Part shown: piece by piece, positions 31,071 through 41,027 of the stretch
Numbering within the stretch: position 1 is the stretch's first letter
Layout: each line of letters opens with the position of its first letter
Source of the DNA: Thermodesulfobacteriota bacterium
Lineage (GTDB): Bacteria > Desulfobacterota > Desulfobacteria > Desulfobacterales > C00003060
DNA: 64,000 nucleotides
Direction: 5' to 3'
NCBI GenBank assembly: GCA_034189385.1
Contig: JAXHVD010000002.1
Span: forward strand, 96,001-160,000
The notes under the pieces: generated by a model
What the model saw: the letters and a program-made list of their open reading frames with translations, nothing else
Database searches by the model: none
What the model was told of the DNA's origin: nothing
Position numbers and translations under genes: made by a program

Positions 31071-31931
31071 ATGCACACACGAAAACCTCCCTGGTTGAAG
31101 GTAACTCTTCCCACAGGGCCAACATATGAAAACGTCAGGCGTCTTCTGAAGAAGAGCCGGCTTCATACGGTATGTCAGGAGGCCAAATGTCCGAACCTGT
31201 GGGAGTGCTTCTCACAAAAGACGGCAACGTTCCTAATCATGGGTCCCAATTGCACGCGCAATTGCCGGTTCTGTGCCGTGGGCCATGGCCCGTCAGGACC
31301 GCCTGACCCTAAAGAACCGGCCCGGGTGGCAGAAGCAGTAGAGGAGATGGGATTGCGCTATGTGGTCATCACCTCTGTCACCCGGGACGATCTTCCAGAC
31401 GGCGGGGCCAGTTTTTTTGCAGAGACCATCCATGAAATCCGCAAAAGGATTCCTCAGGTTCTTATTGAAGTTCTCATACCGGATTTTCAAGGAAATAGGG
31501 ATGCCCTTGAAGAAGTGATGAAGGCTCCCCCCGACGTCCTAAACCACAACATTGAGACCGTTCCCCGTTTATATCCTTTTGTTCGGCCAGAGGCGGTCTA
31601 TGAACGATCCCTTCAAGTGCTGGCCCATGCAAAAGGGTATAACCCTGTTATTCCTACCAAATCAGGCCTCATGCTCGGTCTGGGAGAGACTTCCGAAGAA
31701 GTGGAGAAGACACTCCAAGACCTTCTTGACACGCGTTGCACCATGCTTACCTTTGGACAGTATCTTCAACCCTCAAAGGAACATCTGCCCGTTGAACGGT
31801 TCGTACCTCCTGAGGAGTTTGATCGCTGGAAAGAAATAGCCCTTGAAAAGGGCTTTTCAGAAGTGGCCAGCGGGCCTTTTGTTCGCAGCTCCTATCATGC
31901 GAGAGAGCTGTATGAGGCTGCGAAGGTTTAA
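31071..31931 (+). CDS. lipA: Lipoyl synthase
   Basis: KPPWLK, CQEAKCPNLWEC, CTRNCRFC, NHNIETV, VRSSY. Confidence 0.98.
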   Translation: MHTRKPPWLKVTLPTGPTYENVRRLLKKSRLHTVCQEAKCPNLWECFSQKTATFLIMGPNCTRNCRFCAVGHGPSGPPDPKEPARVAEAVEEMGLRYVVITSVTRDDLPDGGASFFAETIHEIRKRIPQVLIEVLIPDFQGNRDALEEVMKAPPDVLNHNIETVPRLYPFVRPEAVYERSLQVLAHAKGYNPVIPTKSGLMLGLGETSEEVEKTLQDLLDTRCTMLTFGQYLQPSKEHLPVERFVPPEEFDRWKEIALEKGFSEVASGPFVRSSYHARELYEAAKV

Positions 31932-32031
31932 CACGGACGAGAATCCCCCATAATTTTGGGAGGCGCCCTTACTATTTGACTCAAGGGCCAGTTATGGGGA
32001 GTTTTCCAAGTGTAACCTTGATGATTTCGTA

Positions 32032-32135
32032 GAAAGTCTTTTGCAGGCGACATTGAGTATTTTGGGAGAAGAGCACTTGGGATGTTCGGCGTTAAGAAAT
32101 GCGAACTGTTTAATCGGCCGGGGCGGAGAGTTTTT
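32032..32135 (+). repeat. Degenerate partial copy of the ~228-bp MITE-like element
   Basis: gaaagtcttttgcaggcgacattgagtattttggg...gcgttaagaa...aactgttt...ggcggagagttttt matches the left half of the other copies. Confidence 0.6.
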
Positions 32136-32297
32136 GCTATTTATTGAGCAAAGTCCCGACGCTGTAGGGATCAAAAAGCTCACACCAATCAAGTGAGAAG
32201 GGGTTCTGCAAAGGTTTCGTAGTCGCCTCCACAGCAGGTAAACCTGGATACGAAGTGAAGTGATCGGCAAAAACGCTGTGTTGAGTAAGGATTTCTT

Positions 32298-33251
32298 ATG
32301 ACTAAAAAATGGCCTATCTTGGTGCCGCGCCTTCTGGCCGCGGTACTCGGTTTGTTCTTTGTTGCCGCCAGTCTGTCCAAGGCGGTGGATGTGGAACTGT
32401 TCGTGCGGCAGATCAAGGCCTACGGTATTATATCTGATACCGTTCTTGTCGCCTTAGCAGCCTGGGGGCTCATTGCCGTTGAATGTGTCCTTGGTGTGGG
32501 GCTTATCGTGTTCTATCGCCCCAAATTGTTTCTCGGAATAGCAGCCGGGCTACTGCTCTTCTTTTGGGCTGTCACAAGTTGGGCGTGGTGGACAGGTTCA
32601 ACTGAAAACTGTGGCTGTTTTGGCGGCTGGCTGGATCGGACGCCAGGAGAGGAAGCTATTGAAAATGTGGTGCTCCTGTTAGTGACGTTTTTTGCCGCAA
32701 GACGGCCTGCGCACCTGAAGTGGCACCCGAGTCGGGCACGGGCGTGGGCTGTCCTGGCTGCTGGCCTTGTAGGATTGGTCTTGCCAGTGGTCTCAGACCT
32801 TCCGACCCCAAAGGCAAAGCCATTTGACTCAGAAGTGAAAACCGCAGTCAGCCAATTGGAGCTTCACGGGCCGCAAGTAGTTGACTTGACCCAAGGTACA
32901 CACCTTGTTGTTCTCATGAGCACCGATTGTCTCCCCTGCCGGGAGGCCGTCTTCGACCTCAATGAACTGGGATTGATTCCGGACCTCCCCCCCATTGTGG
33001 CTTTGTGTACGAACGCCGAATGCGAATGTGAGATGTTCGTGGAGGAGTTTCAACCCGATTTCCCTATCGGATGTGTGACGGACAAGCTCTTCTTTGAGTT
33101 GCTTGGTGATGGAGACACCCCTCGTATACTCCTCCTCAGCGAAGGACGGGTGGTCCATACTTGGGATCAGGTCGTTCCGGAAGAGGGCATGATAAGGGCC
33201 CGCCTGCCACTTCTGGACGGGGAGGACCACCTGCAGGCGGACTTCTATTAA
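32298..33251 (+). CDS. MauE/DoxX-family membrane protein with thioredoxin-like C-terminal domain
   Basis: RLLAAVLGLFFVAASLSK, CGCFG motif, CLPC, TPRILLL. Confidence 0.8.
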   Translation: MTKKWPILVPRLLAAVLGLFFVAASLSKAVDVELFVRQIKAYGIISDTVLVALAAWGLIAVECVLGVGLIVFYRPKLFLGIAAGLLLFFWAVTSWAWWTGSTENCGCFGGWLDRTPGEEAIENVVLLLVTFFAARRPAHLKWHPSRARAWAVLAAGLVGLVLPVVSDLPTPKAKPFDSEVKTAVSQLELHGPQVVDLTQGTHLVVLMSTDCLPCREAVFDLNELGLIPDLPPIVALCTNAECECEMFVEEFQPDFPIGCVTDKLFFELLGDGDTPRILLLSEGRVVHTWDQVVPEEGMIRARLPLLDGEDHLQADFY

Positions 33252-33379
33252 GTTGCTTTTTCGTCTTTTTGTAAGGCCTTCATCAATCTTCCATGCATGA
33301 TAGGATTTCCTTTGCCCCGGGTAGCCGCTTGCCTTTTGAATTGTCGGCCAGGTGATTGTCTTTTGCCTGCTCTTTGGCC

Positions 33380-33407
33380 TTGACTTGAGACATATCGTTG
33401 TTATTAT
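33380..33407 (+). promoter_or_regulatory. Sigma70-type promoter of the tRNA locus
   Basis: TTGACT-16 bp-TATTAT with TG extension, just upstream of the tRNA half-copy. Confidence 0.55.
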
Positions 33408-33420
33408 ACGTCGTCACTGA

Positions 33421-33466
33421 TCCCCAGTAGCTCAGTTGTCAGAGTCCGCCGTAGGCGGATTAACCA
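33421..33466 (+). pseudogene. Partial tRNA-Asn copy interrupted by a hairpin
   Basis: tccccagtagctcagttgtcagag (23/24 identical to the tRNA 5' end), then tccgccgtaggcgga, then ttaacca. Confidence 0.75.
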
Positions 33467-33513
33467 AGGGGTTTTAGAGGGTTGAAGGTTAGAGTTTCTT
33501 TTTAGGCAAGTGA

Positions 33514-33589
33514 TCCCCAGTAGCTCAGTTGGCAGAGCAGATGGCTGTTAACCATCGGGTCCGCGGTTCGAGTCCGTGCTGGGGAGCCA
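33514..33589 (+). tRNA. tRNA-Asn (GTT)
   Basis: Cloverleaf TCCCCAG/CTGGGGA acceptor, GATGG-CTGTTAA-CCATC anticodon arm, GTTCGAGT T-loop, encoded CCA; 76 nt. Confidence 0.98.
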
Positions 33590-33597
33590 AACAACAC

Positions 33598-33621
33598 AGG
33601 GCAGTCCTAAGACTGCCCTTT
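33598..33621 (+). terminator. Intrinsic terminator after tRNA-Asn
   Basis: agggcagtc-ctaa-gactgccct followed by T residues. Confidence 0.75.
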
Positions 33622-33622
33622 C

Positions 33623-33817
33623 TTGTTTGCCGTGAATTACACCTATATTCTTCGATCCGAGACGACCGGTCGTTTCTACATTGGTATAACTGACGATTTA
33701 GAACGCCGCGTCGCTCAACACAACGACCCGAAATACACAGGATCCAAGACGACCAAGCGATTTTCAGGCCCTTGGAAGCTTGTGTACTTCGAGCCCTTCA
33801 CCTCAAAACAGCTTTGA
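33623..33817 (+). pseudogene. Truncated GIY-YIG nuclease
   Basis: YTYILRS...FYIGITDDLERRVAQHN...GPWKLVY, stopping before the helix that normally carries the catalytic Glu. Confidence 0.8.
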
Positions 33818-33922
33818 GCTGAAATGGGTGATATTCCCCTAGCCTTCTTTGATGGTTGTTTGATGGCAACCTGACCAGCCTCGGGTTGCCAGGCCTACCG
33901 GTCCGTTGGTTTTTTCCCCGTG

Positions 33923-34765
33923 CTAAGATCCTTTCAAGAACGAGGCAATGGACCTGACCGCCTCCCCTCGGGCCGAGGGCGGGGAAAGGAAGTGGTCGGC
34001 CTCCAAGGGGTGGAAGGCGGCCTGTGGGCATAGCCGCCTGATATCATTTCTGTAATTTTGGGCCACGTGGAGGTCGTAGATCTTCAGAATCGAATCTTCC
34101 CGGGCGTGAAGACATAATACAGGCGTCTGGCTCAGGCACACCCCTTCCAGTGGGTTGAGTATGAAAAACTCGGAAAGCGTCTTGAGCAGCCTGGCCCTGC
34201 CCCGTTCCAACAAGCCGAAGTGGTCCCTTCCTTTCATGACCCCTGGGAAAAGGGACTCTGCATAAAGCCTCACTGCTGCCTGCACACCCAAAAGCCCCTT
34301 CTTCGCCAAGAGATTCCGGATGTAGTGGGCCAGGAAAGAACGCATGACGGCCTGGGGGCCGAGCCTGGAAATGGCGTTGATAAGAACCAGCTTTTCCACC
34401 GGTTCTTGGAGGCGGTGAACGGCCTTCAACAGGGGGATGGCCGAATAGCATGAGGCGATGCCGAGAAGTGGCAACTGCTCTTTTTCGCTCAGACGTGAGG
34501 CATGGGCAAGCATGTGGAACGTATCCGTCAGGGTGGCCCCAAGGGAAAAGGTGCCTGATGAGTGTCCATGGCCGGAATAGCTGAAGGAGAGAAGATCATA
34601 CTTCCTTGTTAGCCAACGAAAGGTATGGACCTGTTGGGACAACGCTCCGCCGATGAGGGGTGGGACAAACACAAGGCCTTTTGGGTGGCCGTTTCTTACG
34701 CGAATCCAATCCAGTGTGTTTCCTTTGCCAAGGCCATGGCGTCTTCGTTCAAAAAAGGGGCTCAT
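33923..34765 (-). CDS. Alpha/beta hydrolase-fold protein
   Basis: FSYSGHGHSSG, PVLCLHAREDS, ADHF; atypical elbow GIASCYSA. Confidence 0.7.
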   Translation of the reverse strand: MSPFFERRRHGLGKGNTLDWIRVRNGHPKGLVFVPPLIGGALSQQVHTFRWLTRKYDLLSFSYSGHGHSSGTFSLGATLTDTFHMLAHASRLSEKEQLPLLGIASCYSAIPLLKAVHRLQEPVEKLVLINAISRLGPQAVMRSFLAHYIRNLLAKKGLLGVQAAVRLYAESLFPGVMKGRDHFGLLERGRARLLKTLSEFFILNPLEGVCLSQTPVLCLHAREDSILKIYDLHVAQNYRNDIRRLCPQAAFHPLEADHFLSPPSARGEAVRSIASFLKGS

Positions 34766-34861
34766 CTCGTCCTTGAAAAAAGGGTAAGGTTGTGCAAAGG
34801 TGCCGCCGCGAAGTCTGGCATCTTACATTTTTTCTGGACACCTGTCCATAGAGAGGTGGAA

Positions 34862-37129
34862 ATGAACGAGGCATATGTTCCCAAAATTGCTGATGAACTC
34901 AGCCTTGGCCCGAACCAGGTGCTGGCCACGATCCAATTGCTGGAAGAAGGGGCCACCGTTCCCTTTATTGCCCGGTACAGAAAAGAGGCCACAGGCTCTT
35001 TGGATGAAGTGGCCATCACAAATATCCGGGACCGGTTTTCACAATTGCAGGAATTGAACAAACGTCGCGATAGCATTCTGAAGTCCCTCCAAGAAAGGGA
35101 GCTGCTCACGGACGAGCTGGAGGAAAAGATTCTCGCCGCCGAGACCCTGACGGGCCTGGAGGACATCTACTTGCCCTATCGGCCCAAGCGCCGCACAAGG
35201 GCCACCATGGCAAAGGAAAAGGGGCTTGAGCCCTTGGCCGAAGCACTTTTTGACCAGGGAGATGGCACTGATCCCATCACCGAGGCCGAGGCATTTGTGG
35301 ACCTGGAGAAGGGGGTTGAATCTGCCGAAGACGCCCTTGCCGGAGCCCGGGACATCATGGCGGAATGGATCAACGAAGATCAGGAGGCCCGGAACAAGAT
35401 GCGGGCTCTCTATACTGAAAAGGGAGTCTTCCGGACAAGGGTGATCCCGGGCAGGGAGCAAGAAGGGGCCAAATACCGGGACTATTTTGAGTGGGAAGAG
35501 CGGGTGGCCACTGCACCGTCTCACCGCATCCTAGCCATGCGCCGTGGCGAAAATGAGGTCTTCTTGAACCTGGAGGTGGCTCCTCCTGAAGACGAGGCCT
35601 TGATCTTACTGGAGGCCCTCTTCGTCAGGGCAGACAACGCGGCCGCTCTCCAGGTCAAGGAAGCGGTTCATGATGCCTACAAGCGTCTTCTGTCGCAGGC
35701 CATGACAACAGAGATTCGTCTTTGCACCAAAGACCGTGCCGACAAAGAGGCGATCAAGGTCTTTGCCGACAACCTCCGCGAACTGCTCCTTGCCCCGCCC
35801 CTTGGTCAAAAGAAGGTCCTTGCCATAGATCCCGGTATCCGCACGGGCTGCAAAGTGGTGTGTCTGGACCGCCAAGGAAAACTGCTTCATGAAGAGACTA
35901 TCTATCCCTTTAGATCGGAAAATGAGAAGGTCCGTGCAGCAGAAACGGTAGCGGCTTTGTGCAGCGCCTATGAGATAGAGGCCATCGCAGTGGGAAACGG
36001 CACAGCAGGCAGGGAAACAGAGGCCATGGTGAAGGACCTAAGAGGCCCATCACTGCCAGACCACATTCCTGTGGTGATGGTGAACGAGAGCGGGGCGTCG
36101 GTCTATTCTGCCTCGCAAGTGGCCAGGGACGAGTTTCCCGATCTGGATGTGACCTATCGCGGGGCCGTGTCTATCGGAAGGCGCCTCGTAGATCCCCTCG
36201 CCGAGCTGGTGAAGATCGACCCCAAATCCATTGGCGTTGGGCAATATCAGCATGACGTAAACCAGCAGGCCCTGAAGACGAGCCTGGATGACGTGGTCAT
36301 GAGCTGTGTCAATGCTGTGGGCGTGGAGGTCAACACGGCCAGTGAGCAGCTCCTGAGCTATGTTTCAGGCTTTGGCCCCCAGCTTGCCAAGAACACGGTG
36401 TCTTATAGAAATGAGAACGGCCCCTTTCTTTCCAGAAAGGGGTTGAAGAAGGTCTCACGACTTGGTCCAAAGGCCTTTGAGCAGGCGGCTGGCTTCCTGC
36501 GGATCAGAGGGGGGGAGGACCCCCTTGACGCCAGCGCCGTGCACCCCGAGTCTTATTCCATTGTCGAGAAAATGGCCAAGGATGCAGGCTGTTCTGTGAA
36601 GGACTTGATGGATGACGAGGGCCTGCGCAAACAGATTGATCTGTCCAACTATGTGACGGACAAGGTGGGAATGCCCACTCTTACCGACATCCTGGCCGAA
36701 TTGGCCAAGCCTGGCCGTGATCCTCGCAAGGAGTTTGAGGGCTTTGCCTTTGCCGACGGGGTGGAGACCATGGAGGACCTGCGTCCAGGCATGAAGCTTC
36801 CTGGGGTCATTACCAATGTTACGGCATTTGGGGCCTTTGTGGACATAGGGGTCCATCAGGACGGTCTGGTGCACATTAGCCAGATGGCAGACCACTTTGT
36901 CAAGGACCCTCACCAGGAGGTCCGGGTCCAACAAAAGGTGAGCGTAACGGTCTTGGACGTTGATTTGGATAGAAACCGCATCGCTCTTTCCCTAAAGGGC
37001 GAAAGTACACCCAAGAAAAAAGGAACAACAAGGAAGGCAAGTCGAAAAAGCAAAGAAGGGAAAACACAAGGAAGGCGAAAGACGGCGGCTCTCAATAACC
37101 CCTTTGTGGAAGCCTTTGGGAAACGCTAG
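34862..37129 (+). CDS. tex: Tex-family RNA-binding transcriptional accessory protein
   Basis: GATVPFIARYRKEATG, LEDIYLPY, IDPGIRTGCK, NESGASVYSAS, C-terminal S1 domain; GAGGTG RBS before 34862. Confidence 0.96.
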   Translation: MNEAYVPKIADELSLGPNQVLATIQLLEEGATVPFIARYRKEATGSLDEVAITNIRDRFSQLQELNKRRDSILKSLQERELLTDELEEKILAAETLTGLEDIYLPYRPKRRTRATMAKEKGLEPLAEALFDQGDGTDPITEAEAFVDLEKGVESAEDALAGARDIMAEWINEDQEARNKMRALYTEKGVFRTRVIPGREQEGAKYRDYFEWEERVATAPSHRILAMRRGENEVFLNLEVAPPEDEALILLEALFVRADNAAALQVKEAVHDAYKRLLSQAMTTEIRLCTKDRADKEAIKVFADNLRELLLAPPLGQKKVLAIDPGIRTGCKVVCLDRQGKLLHEETIYPFRSENEKVRAAETVAALCSAYEIEAIAVGNGTAGRETEAMVKDLRGPSLPDHIPVVMVNESGASVYSASQVARDEFPDLDVTYRGAVSIGRRLVDPLAELVKIDPKSIGVGQYQHDVNQQALKTSLDDVVMSCVNAVGVEVNTASEQLLSYVSGFGPQLAKNTVSYRNENGPFLSRKGLKKVSRLGPKAFEQAAGFLRIRGGEDPLDASAVHPESYSIVEKMAKDAGCSVKDLMDDEGLRKQIDLSNYVTDKVGMPTLTDILAELAKPGRDPRKEFEGFAFADGVETMEDLRPGMKLPGVITNVTAFGAFVDIGVHQDGLVHISQMADHFVKDPHQEVRVQQKVSVTVLDVDLDRNRIALSLKGESTPKKKGTTRKASRKSKEGKTQGRRKTAALNNPFVEAFGKR

Positions 37130-37336
37130 GCCGTGTCTCGGCAGTTCCTCTGGGAAATAGGGTGTCGCCATCAAGCCATATTCCGGGCTCCGTGAGCTTT
37201 TCCGGGACGTCAGCTTCGCTGCGCTGAATCATGAAAACTCTCCGCCGCAGCGGATCAGACAGTTCATGATTCTTAACGCTTTACTCAGCTTCCGTCTTGT
37301 TCCGAAAATGCTCAATGTCGCGCGGAAAAGGCTTTT
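37130..37336 (-). mobile_element. MITE-like repeat copy abutting the tex stop codon (CTAG)
   Basis: Reverse complement matches 62916-63143; its right end sits at CTAG 37126-37129. Confidence 0.85.
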
Positions 37337-37496
37337 GGCTCCTTCATTGTTCGGGCTTTGGGACTGCCTCTTGTGCAGGCTTTTTGACCTTGAAATGGTT
37401 ATCCTTTTTATTGTACAAGCAACGAGCCGGGGGGCGGCAAGACTTTTATTGTGCAAATGGAAAGGGTTGACAAGGCATTCGAACTGATGGGGGGCT

Positions 37497-38861
37497 ATGA
37501 AGGTACTCGTTTACGGATCGGGCGGCCGGGACCACTGTCTGGCCGATAAATATGGGGACAGCCAACACGTAGACAAGGTCTATTTCTCGCCGGGAAATCC
37601 GGGTGTGCTCTACACGCCCAAAGGGCGGAGCGACAGGAAACTGATTGAGACTGTTCGCTTGAAGGATTTCGATACATTGGCCGAGTTCTGCCTGGAGAAA
37701 GGCGTGGACTTGGTGGATGTGGGGTCCGAGAATCCTTTGAGCGAAGGGGTGGTCAATGTGCTCAACGCAAAGGGGATCAGAACGGTTGGGCCCAAACAGG
37801 AATACTGCAAGATTGAAAGCGACCGGGCCTTTACCGATGACATGCTGCAAAGGATCGGGGTCCCAAAACCGGAGTATGGGGTATTTGAGGACCCGGACCA
37901 GGCAAAGGCATACGTGAGAAATATCGGTTATCAGGTGGTGGTCAAGGCCAACGGGCTGGCTGCGGGCAAGGGGGCCATTGTCTGCGAGGACGTGCCTGAT
38001 GCCCTGGCGGCAATCGACCTGATCATGGTGGAGAGGGCCTTTGGGGATTCGGGCCAAAAGGTCGTCATAGAAGAGAGAAAATACGGCACGGAGTTGTCTT
38101 TTTATGCCTACTTGGATGGAAAGCACGTGCTTCCCTTGCGGATGCTGGCCCAGGATTACAAACCCGCCTTTGACCCCGATGATATGGACGCCATCGAGCG
38201 GTTCGGAGGAAATCTCAATACGGGCGGCACAGGCTGCTATTGCCCTCACAAGTTGTTGAGCCCCTGGCTGGTGAACCGGATTATTAAAGAGATCGTTAAT
38301 CCCACAGTCAATGACATCTATAACCGTCTTGGGTGGGACTACCGGGGGGTCCTCTACTTCGGACTCAATCTCGATCCCTATGACAATCTGGACGTTTTTG
38401 AGATCAATGTGAGGCATGGCGATCCGGAGTGGCAGGTCCTGGCACGGAAGCTGAGCTCCGATCTCTTTGAAATCGGTATGGCCGTATGGGAAGGCACCCT
38501 GGACCAGCTAGAACAGGTCTGGAACAAACAGTGCTATGTGGACGTCATAGCCATGGAGGGCCGATCAAAGGCATCAAAAGGCTGGAACAAAGGCTATCCT
38601 GGCCGCTACGGCAAAGGTCACAGGATCACGGGCCTGGACGACATAGAAAGGGGTATTGCCATCTACTTTGCCGGTGTGGATGAGAAAGAGGAAAAGGGCC
38701 TCGTGACCTATGGAGGCAGGGTCCTCCATGTGGTGGCAGGAGATGCCACCCTGGAAGGGGCGCGGGAAAAGGCGTACAGAAATGTCCAGAAGCTCACCTT
38801 TGTGGACCACAACAACAAGGGCGAAAACTGTCTAAGATACCGTCAGACCATAGGTCTATAA
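37497..38861 (+). CDS. purD: Phosphoribosylamine-glycine ligase (divergent)
   Basis: MKVLVYGSGGRDH, PGNPG, VKANGLAAGKG, QDYK, NTGG, GDPE, GGRVL. Confidence 0.92.
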   Translation: MKVLVYGSGGRDHCLADKYGDSQHVDKVYFSPGNPGVLYTPKGRSDRKLIETVRLKDFDTLAEFCLEKGVDLVDVGSENPLSEGVVNVLNAKGIRTVGPKQEYCKIESDRAFTDDMLQRIGVPKPEYGVFEDPDQAKAYVRNIGYQVVVKANGLAAGKGAIVCEDVPDALAAIDLIMVERAFGDSGQKVVIEERKYGTELSFYAYLDGKHVLPLRMLAQDYKPAFDPDDMDAIERFGGNLNTGGTGCYCPHKLLSPWLVNRIIKEIVNPTVNDIYNRLGWDYRGVLYFGLNLDPYDNLDVFEINVRHGDPEWQVLARKLSSDLFEIGMAVWEGTLDQLEQVWNKQCYVDVIAMEGRSKASKGWNKGYPGRYGKGHRITGLDDIERGIAIYFAGVDEKEEKGLVTYGGRVLHVVAGDATLEGAREKAYRNVQKLTFVDHNNKGENCLRYRQTIGL

Positions 38862-38875
38862 TAGTGGAGTCGACC

Positions 38876-39397
38876 ATGAGCCAAGGAGAACAAAAGGAAA
38901 GGACCCCAGTTGTTGGGATTTTGATGGGCAGCGATTCAGACTGGGGAACCATGGAAAAGGCAGCTTCCACCTTAAAGGAGCTGGGCATCCCCTTTGAAGC
39001 CACCGTCTCTTCGGCCCACCGGAGCCCGGATATAACGGCCGAATATGCCCGATCGGCCAGAGCCAGGGGGCTCAAGGTCATCATTGCAGGGGCAGGCGCT
39101 GCAGCACATCTGGCCGGATCCATTGCAGCCCATACCACCCTTCCCGTCATTGGCGTGCCCCTTGACGCCACATCTCTTAAGGGCATGGATGCCCTCTTGG
39201 CCACGGTGCAGATGCCCTCTGGTGTGCCTGTGGCCACCATGGCCATAGGGGCGGCTGGGGCAAAGAATGGGGCCATCCTGTCTGCTCAGATTCTGGCCAC
39301 GGCCGACGCAGAGATAGAGGCCAGGCTGGAAGCATTTAAGAAGAAACTGGCCAGCCAGGTGGCAGAAAAGGCAGAAGCTTTGCGCGAACGCCTCTAG
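38876..39397 (+). CDS. purE: N5-CAIR mutase
   Basis: MGSDSD, SAHRSP, AGAAAHL, PVIGVP, QMPSGVPVAT. Confidence 0.98.
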   Translation: MSQGEQKERTPVVGILMGSDSDWGTMEKAASTLKELGIPFEATVSSAHRSPDITAEYARSARARGLKVIIAGAGAAAHLAGSIAAHTTLPVIGVPLDATSLKGMDALLATVQMPSGVPVATMAIGAAGAKNGAILSAQILATADAEIEARLEAFKKKLASQVAEKAEALRERL

Positions 39398-39417
39398 TCA
39401 AAGCGGCCGGGGACAAA

Positions 39418-40071
39418 ATGCCGATTAAAAGTCCTGAAACTCTTGTTGTGGATCCAAGATCTCCCGACCAGGAGATGGTTAGAAGGGCCGCCACATGGAT
39501 CAACAGGGGCGGCCTTGTAGTATTTCCCACCAGCACGTTTTACGGCATCGGCGCCCAGGCCTTGAATGTCCATGCAGTGGATAGGGTCTTTCAGGTCAAA
39601 GAGCGCCACAAGGGCAACCCTCTCCTCGTTCTCATTGCCTCCCTAGATGACCTTTCGCCTCTGGTGCAATCCATCCCAGAGACTGCCGAAGCCCTAATCA
39701 AGGCCTTCTGGCCTGGGGGGATTACCCTGGTATTTGATGCGGCAGACACAGTGCCCGAAAACCTCACGGGCTACACCGGCAAGATTGGAGTCCGCCTTGC
39801 CAGCCATCCCGTGGCCGGTGCCCTCGTCAAAGTGGTATCAGGCCCTATTACAGGGACAAGCGCCAACCTTTCCGGAGAGGGCGGGTGCACCGCCGTGGCC
39901 GACTTGAGCCGCCGGATCAACGATCAGGTGGATCTGGTCTTGGACGCAGGACAACTGGCGGGCGTTAGGGGCTCCACTGTGGTGGATGTGACAACCAAGT
40001 CTCCTCGCATCCTGCGCGAAGGCGTGATCCGTGCCGACACTATCAGGGCGCTATTTGACGACGCACAGTAG
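39418..40071 (+). CDS. tsaC: L-threonylcarbamoyladenylate synthase (YrdC/Sua5)
   Basis: VFPTSTFYG, KER, FWPGGIT, TSANLSG, STVVD, LREG. Confidence 0.93.
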   Translation: MPIKSPETLVVDPRSPDQEMVRRAATWINRGGLVVFPTSTFYGIGAQALNVHAVDRVFQVKERHKGNPLLVLIASLDDLSPLVQSIPETAEALIKAFWPGGITLVFDAADTVPENLTGYTGKIGVRLASHPVAGALVKVVSGPITGTSANLSGEGGCTAVADLSRRINDQVDLVLDAGQLAGVRGSTVVDVTTKSPRILREGVIRADTIRALFDDAQ

Positions 40072-40381
40072 TTCCTGCTCAAGTTTCCCATCCCTCGTTT
40101 CCACTACTAGTAGATCTGTCAGGACTTGTAACCCCCCAAGATTTGGAACAGAGGGAGGGGAAATTCGCTGAAGATCTCTGAAAAGGGGCCTACAGCCATT
40201 GCCACCCACAATCTTCACACAGCTGCTCAAGGCATTGGAGGCCGAAGAGAAGGGGATTTCCCCCTCCCGAGGCCCCGTTGTATCAAAAGAAGCCCAAACC
40301 AGAACCCTGCCGTTTCACAGAACCCTTGGCACGTTCTTGCTTGTCATTTCAAATGGTAGATAACGGCCGGAACTTGAGTTC

Positions 40382-40684
40382 CTATTTTTCCTTTGGCACC
40401 CACATGTCCCGCTCAGGGTCAAAGGTGTGGGTTCTTTGAATTTGCTCTATGCTTTTTGCGTGCATCTCAAGATCGAATAGGAGATCCTGGTAGGGGGCCT
40501 TATACTTATCCATGAAATGATTCTCTCCTTCTTTCAAGAGTGAAAGCACTTCCGCTGCATTTTTGTGAAAGCGGTCCTTGTATTCAGAGAGTTTGTTGTC
40601 CATCTCTTCAATGAGTTTGGCGTCCTCCGTCCCTTCATAGGCATCATAAAGCTCGAAGTACTTTTCCACATCCTGCGCATTCAT
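40382..40684 (-). CDS. Hypothetical protein (100 aa, acidic, helical)
   Basis: AGGAG RBS upstream; clean ORF. Confidence 0.7.
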   Translation of the reverse strand: MNAQDVEKYFELYDAYEGTEDAKLIEEMDNKLSEYKDRFHKNAAEVLSLLKEGENHFMDKYKAPYQDLLFDLEMHAKSIEQIQRTHTFDPERDMWVPKEK

Positions 40685-40753
40685 TTTACACTCCTTTGTA
40701 TGTCATCTCTGCAATCTGTCGCCTTTGGCGGAGATTTCGCTACTATAAATAAT

Positions 40754-41005
40754 TGCCATTGGTCACTGTGCAGCCGAAAGGCTTTTACGTGCGACATTGA
40801 GCATTTTCGGAATTAGAGGTCAGCTGAGTCAAGCGTTAAGAATCATAAACTGTTTGATCCGCCCTGGCGGAGAGTTATAGCGCTGACGCTTCACTTCGTG
40901 CATGATTCAGCGCAGCGAAGCTGACGTCCCGGAAATGCTCACGGAGCCCGGAAAATGGCTTGATGGCGGCACTCAACTTTTCAAAGGGACTTCTGAGACA
41001 TAACA
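40754..41005 (+). mobile_element. MITE-like repeat copy (full length, with an extra central insert)
   Basis: Highly similar to 62916-63143; ends aaca-CTAG (41006-41009). Confidence 0.88.
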
Positions 41006-41027
41006 CTAGTCATGTCTCACGGGCTGC

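Noticed and set aside
34625..34861. N-terminal extension of Tex in the ORF track
   Set aside because: It overlaps the divergent hydrolase gene; the RBS and family similarity point to ATG 34862.
37446..38417. 323-aa antisense ORF over purD, and similar long antisense ORFs over carB, gcv and glyS
   Set aside because: Shadow ORFs opposite well-supported genes, with no recognisable motifs.
40327..40340. Sigma54 promoter-like TGGCACGTTCTTGC
   Set aside because: GG-to-GC spacing is 9 nt rather than the required 10, and no plus-strand gene follows.
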